Assembly: GCA_964645535.1 (NCBI GenBank)
Contig: CAZYCQ010000082.1
Location: 1 to 10,255 of the forward strand
Direction: 5' to 3'
Length of the DNA: 10,255 bases
Source of the DNA: an uncultured archaeon
GTDB lineage: Archaea; Asgardarchaeota; Heimdallarchaeia; Heimdallarchaeales; Kariarchaeaceae
Of this stretch, positions 7,731 through 10,255 are shown in pieces. The position numbers were made by a program, and so were the translations under genes. Each line of letters opens with the position of its first letter. The stretch's first letter is position 1. The notes below the pieces were generated by a model. That model did not search any database, was not told the DNA's origin, and saw only the letters and a program-made list of their open reading frames with translations.

Positions 7731-9083
7731 TCATTCCAGATGGCTAGGATCTTCCTCTTCGTCTTCTCTCAAACTTTCTAGATATTCTCTGAACAAATCT
7801 CTGAGTGTTTCCCTTAACTTGTCTGCATTTCTTGGACTTCTCCTGAACCCTCCATGGTTCATGTCATTCCTCGGTTCCTTTATCTTGTTGTAGGCAACTA
7901 TATCTGCATCAAAATGCTTTTTGATATACTCAAATTTCTTCTCGTCAATCCTGTTAGGTTTCTTCAAGTCACTGCCAACCTTTTCAATAATTGCCATATT
8001 GATAAAATCCTCCACCTCTTCCCTTTCAGTTTCGTTATAGATGTCTGCATTTTTGTCTAACTCCAACATAATTCGGGTAATAATAAGCTCCCTGAGAAGC
8101 GTAAAACCTTGTTGCACAAGATCGTGCTCTATGCACCAGAGGATGGCAACCAATTGGTTCTTGATCTCCTTACGGAAAGGAGCTTCCATATCTATCCCAT
8201 TGGTTTCCAAAAGCTTCCGTAATTTCTCAATGAATTGGTCAAACAAAGATTCATAGACCTTGGGGAATCCCTCTGGAAACTCTTTCTTATCAAGAAGCTT
8301 GGCAAAATCAAGCTTGTCAATATCTTGCCCTCTCACAAACTTGACCGCGCGATTGAACCTTGTCAATTCCTGCTCTCGTAGTGTGAATTGTTTCCCCAAC
8401 TCTTTCATTTTTTTGGAATAAATTTTCTTCCGTTCCTCATTGAAAAGGTAAGTTAACCGGGATACGTCTCCTGTCTGATTGAATATGTCCGCCGCAGAGG
8501 TCAACTCGTTGAGGAACACGAATGAAGAAAGATCAACTACTGGAACCAATCGGTTCTTGAGGGGTATACTCTCTATCTGCTGCCGTGTCCCAAGAGTTTC
8601 AAATGCCCCGTATACCACCCGATTGATGGAAGCCGACTTAAGGAGACCTGAGTAGTTGAAAATCACCGATGCAATGAATGGCATGGATCGAAAGCTGTGG
8701 GTAATATCAAAGGATATCTCATCTTCCACGTCAATCAATTTGTAAATAGTCTCAAATATTTCCATTACTTCGGCTTCCGTAAACCCTTTTGGTATGGAAA
8801 CCGGAACAATTGTTACGTTTGAATTGGTAGATCTGAACCTTTCATCTCCAATTTCCGTTAATTTTGCCGTTACATTTTTCCAGTTCCTCTCTCTTGCATC
8901 GTCTGTCATCAGTATGTAAAATCGATCTTCGCTTGTCCAATCTGTACAAAACAGCTCTATCAACGCCAATTGGATGTAGTTGGTAGCCGAAGCTATTCTT
9001 TGACCAGTTCCCTCTCCACAATAATAGTGGACCTCCTCGTAATATCCAAATCCCAAGAAAGAAAAGAACACCTTTCTCCCCAT
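7731..9083 (-). CDS. csx1: Csx1 (TM1812-type) CARF-HEPN cOA-activated ribonuclease
   Basis: N-terminus MGRKVFFSFLG...Y, CARF motif FDITHSFRSMP (DxTH[G/S]), YGAFE, PVVDLS and C-terminal HEPN motif RNDMNH (R-X4-H, 7854-7871). The true start is probably ATG 9083 (450 aa) or 9089, not 9419. Confidence 0.92.
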   Translation of the reverse strand: MGRKVFFSFLGFGYYEEVHYYCGEGTGQRIASATNYIQLALIELFCTDWTSEDRFYILMTDDARERNWKNVTAKLTEIGDERFRSTNSNVTIVPVSIPKGFTEAEVMEIFETIYKLIDVEDEISFDITHSFRSMPFIASVIFNYSGLLKSASINRVVYGAFETLGTRQQIESIPLKNRLVPVVDLSSFVFLNELTSAADIFNQTGDVSRLTYLFNEERKKIYSKKMKELGKQFTLREQELTRFNRAVKFVRGQDIDKLDFAKLLDKKEFPEGFPKVYESLFDQFIEKLRKLLETNGIDMEAPFRKEIKNQLVAILWCIEHDLVQQGFTLLRELIITRIMLELDKNADIYNETEREEVEDFINMAIIEKVGSDLKKPNRIDEKKFEYIKKHFDADIVAYNKIKEPRNDMNHGGFRRSPRNADKLRETLRDLFREYLESLREDEEEDPSHLE

Positions 9084-9165
9084 AAGCATCAAAACAGAAT
9101 ACTGATATTTTAAGTTTCCAGAATTGAGGCAAAATTTTTTTAATAATCCTGCAAATTCAATCCAT
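9084..9165. promoter_or_regulatory. Divergent promoter region between csx1 and csx15
   Basis: 82-bp AT-rich gap. Minus-strand GGAAA-CTTAAAATA (9119-9106) lies about 25 nt before the csx1 ATG. Plus-strand AAAA-TTTTTTTAATAA (about 9131-9146) lies about 20-25 nt before the csx15 ATG. Neither gene has an SD, consistent with leaderless archaeal mRNAs. Confidence 0.45.
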
Positions 9166-9654
9166 ATGGCTGAAGAACTAGCAATGAAGGCAACTGTATC
9201 TGCCGTCCAAAATGCAGGACCCGCAGTTGCAAATCGATTAAAAGCACTGTTTTCAAGGAAGAAAAACAAATTTGCAGGTTTCCCTCTTCTTAACCTTTCA
9301 GGCCATCCTCTCACCAGTAAGGCAATCTCGATTCTTGAAAGCGAATTCGGTATAAACCAATTGCAGATTATCGAGATCAAGGTAGGATCCGTGAATGTGA
9401 AAAAAATTATCGATTTCACCGAAAATCTCGTCGAGCAGATTTACGAAAAGATTGGTGATAAATTGTTGACCGGTGAATATCTTGTCATTCCACCAGGATT
9501 TGCGCCACTCTCCCTGTCCCTTTTTGCATTCCTGCATGGCATAACCGGTCATTTCCCCCATATCGTCATTCTTCAAAAAGAAAACACTACCTACGTTCCC
9601 ACAAGTGTGATCGATCTCCAATCAATTCGGGATACAGCAAGAGAATCAAGATGA
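9166..9654 (+). CDS. csx15: Csx15-family CRISPR-associated protein (putative cOA ring nuclease) with an N-terminal extension
   Basis: Motifs LLNLSGHPLT, LVIPPG, FLHGITGHFP and IDLQSIRDTARESR match the Csx15 pattern as I recall it (N-x-S-HPL ... LHG-x-x-G-x-FP ... LQ-x-x-R-x-x-AR). Adjacent to csx1. Start at ATG 9166 (162 aa) or 9184. Confidence 0.78.
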   Translation: MAEELAMKATVSAVQNAGPAVANRLKALFSRKKNKFAGFPLLNLSGHPLTSKAISILESEFGINQLQIIEIKVGSVNVKKIIDFTENLVEQIYEKIGDKLLTGEYLVIPPGFAPLSLSLFAFLHGITGHFPHIVILQKENTTYVPTSVIDLQSIRDTARESR

Positions 9655-9665
9655 AATATCGACCC

Positions 9666-9682
9666 TTTTTTTCAAAAAAAAA
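9666..9682. terminator. Putative oligo-T terminator, possibly bidirectional
   Basis: T7-C-A9 tract starting 11 nt after the csx15 stop; gives oligo-U on both strands with no GC-rich hairpin. Confidence 0.4.
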
Positions 9683-10009
9683 TTTTGTCCAAAACCCTTG
9701 GAAATGAGTAAATCTGTCTATATTCTTTCGAAATCATTCTCATTTTGTTTCTTTAATTCATTGAATGCAAATGCACAGACGGTTTTATATTCTTGGTCCC
9801 GTGTAGATCCGTCCCTATCCATTAAAAATGAAAATTATTTTTGAATTTAGGTTTATATCAATAAATTTTCTTGGATTTCGAAAATCGAATTTCCTTCAGA
9901 ATTTGTTTACTCTACAAAGATTTTTAAATTAAATCTTCAGATTTTTTCAAATATGAACAAATGATTTTCTAGGCAAAATACGAAATTTGAATATTTATGG
10001 TCTGAAAGA

Positions 10010-10255
10010 ATGTGTGGTTTGGGAATTGATATGATTCTCCAACTTCATGGGCTGACCTCTTCAAATTTTTGGTACGATTCTGAAAGTGCAGAATTCTCCA
10101 TCTCCACTTCGGGAAAATGGCCTGTACAATCTCGGATTCGCGCACGTGCGTTTTCAGAAATCCTTATTAGAAAGGCTGAGAATGGAGAAAACATAACGGT
10201 CTCATTGACTGAGAATCCTAGAAATAGGTTGAAACTAGTGGGAATGCTATCCAAC
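10010..10255 (+). CDS. Hypothetical protein, truncated by the window edge; strand uncertain
   Basis: The plus frame is open from ATG 10010/10031 to the edge (MILQLHGLTSSNFWYDSESAEFSISTSGKWPVQSRIRARAFSEILIRK...) and follows an AT-rich intergenic stretch. The antisense frame (10045..10254, minus) is also open. Confidence 0.3.
   Translation, partial: MCGLGIDMILQLHGLTSSNFWYDSESAEFSISTSGKWPVQSRIRARAFSEILIRKAENGENITVSLTENPRNRLKLVGMLSN

Noticed and set aside
9084-9419. 112-aa N-terminal extension of Csx1 in the ORF track (apparent hydrophobic fusion)
   Set aside because: It is largely the antisense of csx15; the CARF domain begins at MGRKVFFSFLG (9083).
291-9621. Numerous 60-137 aa ORFs (e.g. 291-548, 2368-2652, 3785-4198, 6104-6400, 8842-9132, 9298-9621)
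   Set aside because: They are antisense or out-of-frame shadows of well-supported genes, with no recognisable motifs.
9802-9835. Possible degenerate CRISPR repeat (…ATCCATTAAAAATGAAAA)
   Set aside because: Single copy with no periodic repeats or spacers, and only weak resemblance to ATTGAAAC-ending repeats.

Overview
The window holds a complete type III-B CRISPR-Cas (Cmr) interference module on the minus strand, in the order csx1 (CARF+HEPN RNase), cmr2/cas10, cmr3, cmr4, cmr5, cmr6, cmr1. Cas10 keeps its GGDD cyclase motif but has no HD nuclease domain. A Csx15-like putative ring nuclease with an extra N-terminal segment is transcribed divergently from csx1. Only 28 bp downstream of cmr1, on the same strand, lies a translationally coupled ABC-ATPase + TOPRIM-like gene pair that resembles PARIS or a split OLD nuclease. 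The TOPRIM-like gene runs off the left edge and is missing from the ORF track. BRE/TATA-like promoters, apparently leaderless starts and GGTGAT Shine-Dalgarno sites suggest an archaeal host. No CRISPR array, cas6 or cas1/cas2 is visible in the window. All family assignments come from recognising motifs by eye; no database searches were run.
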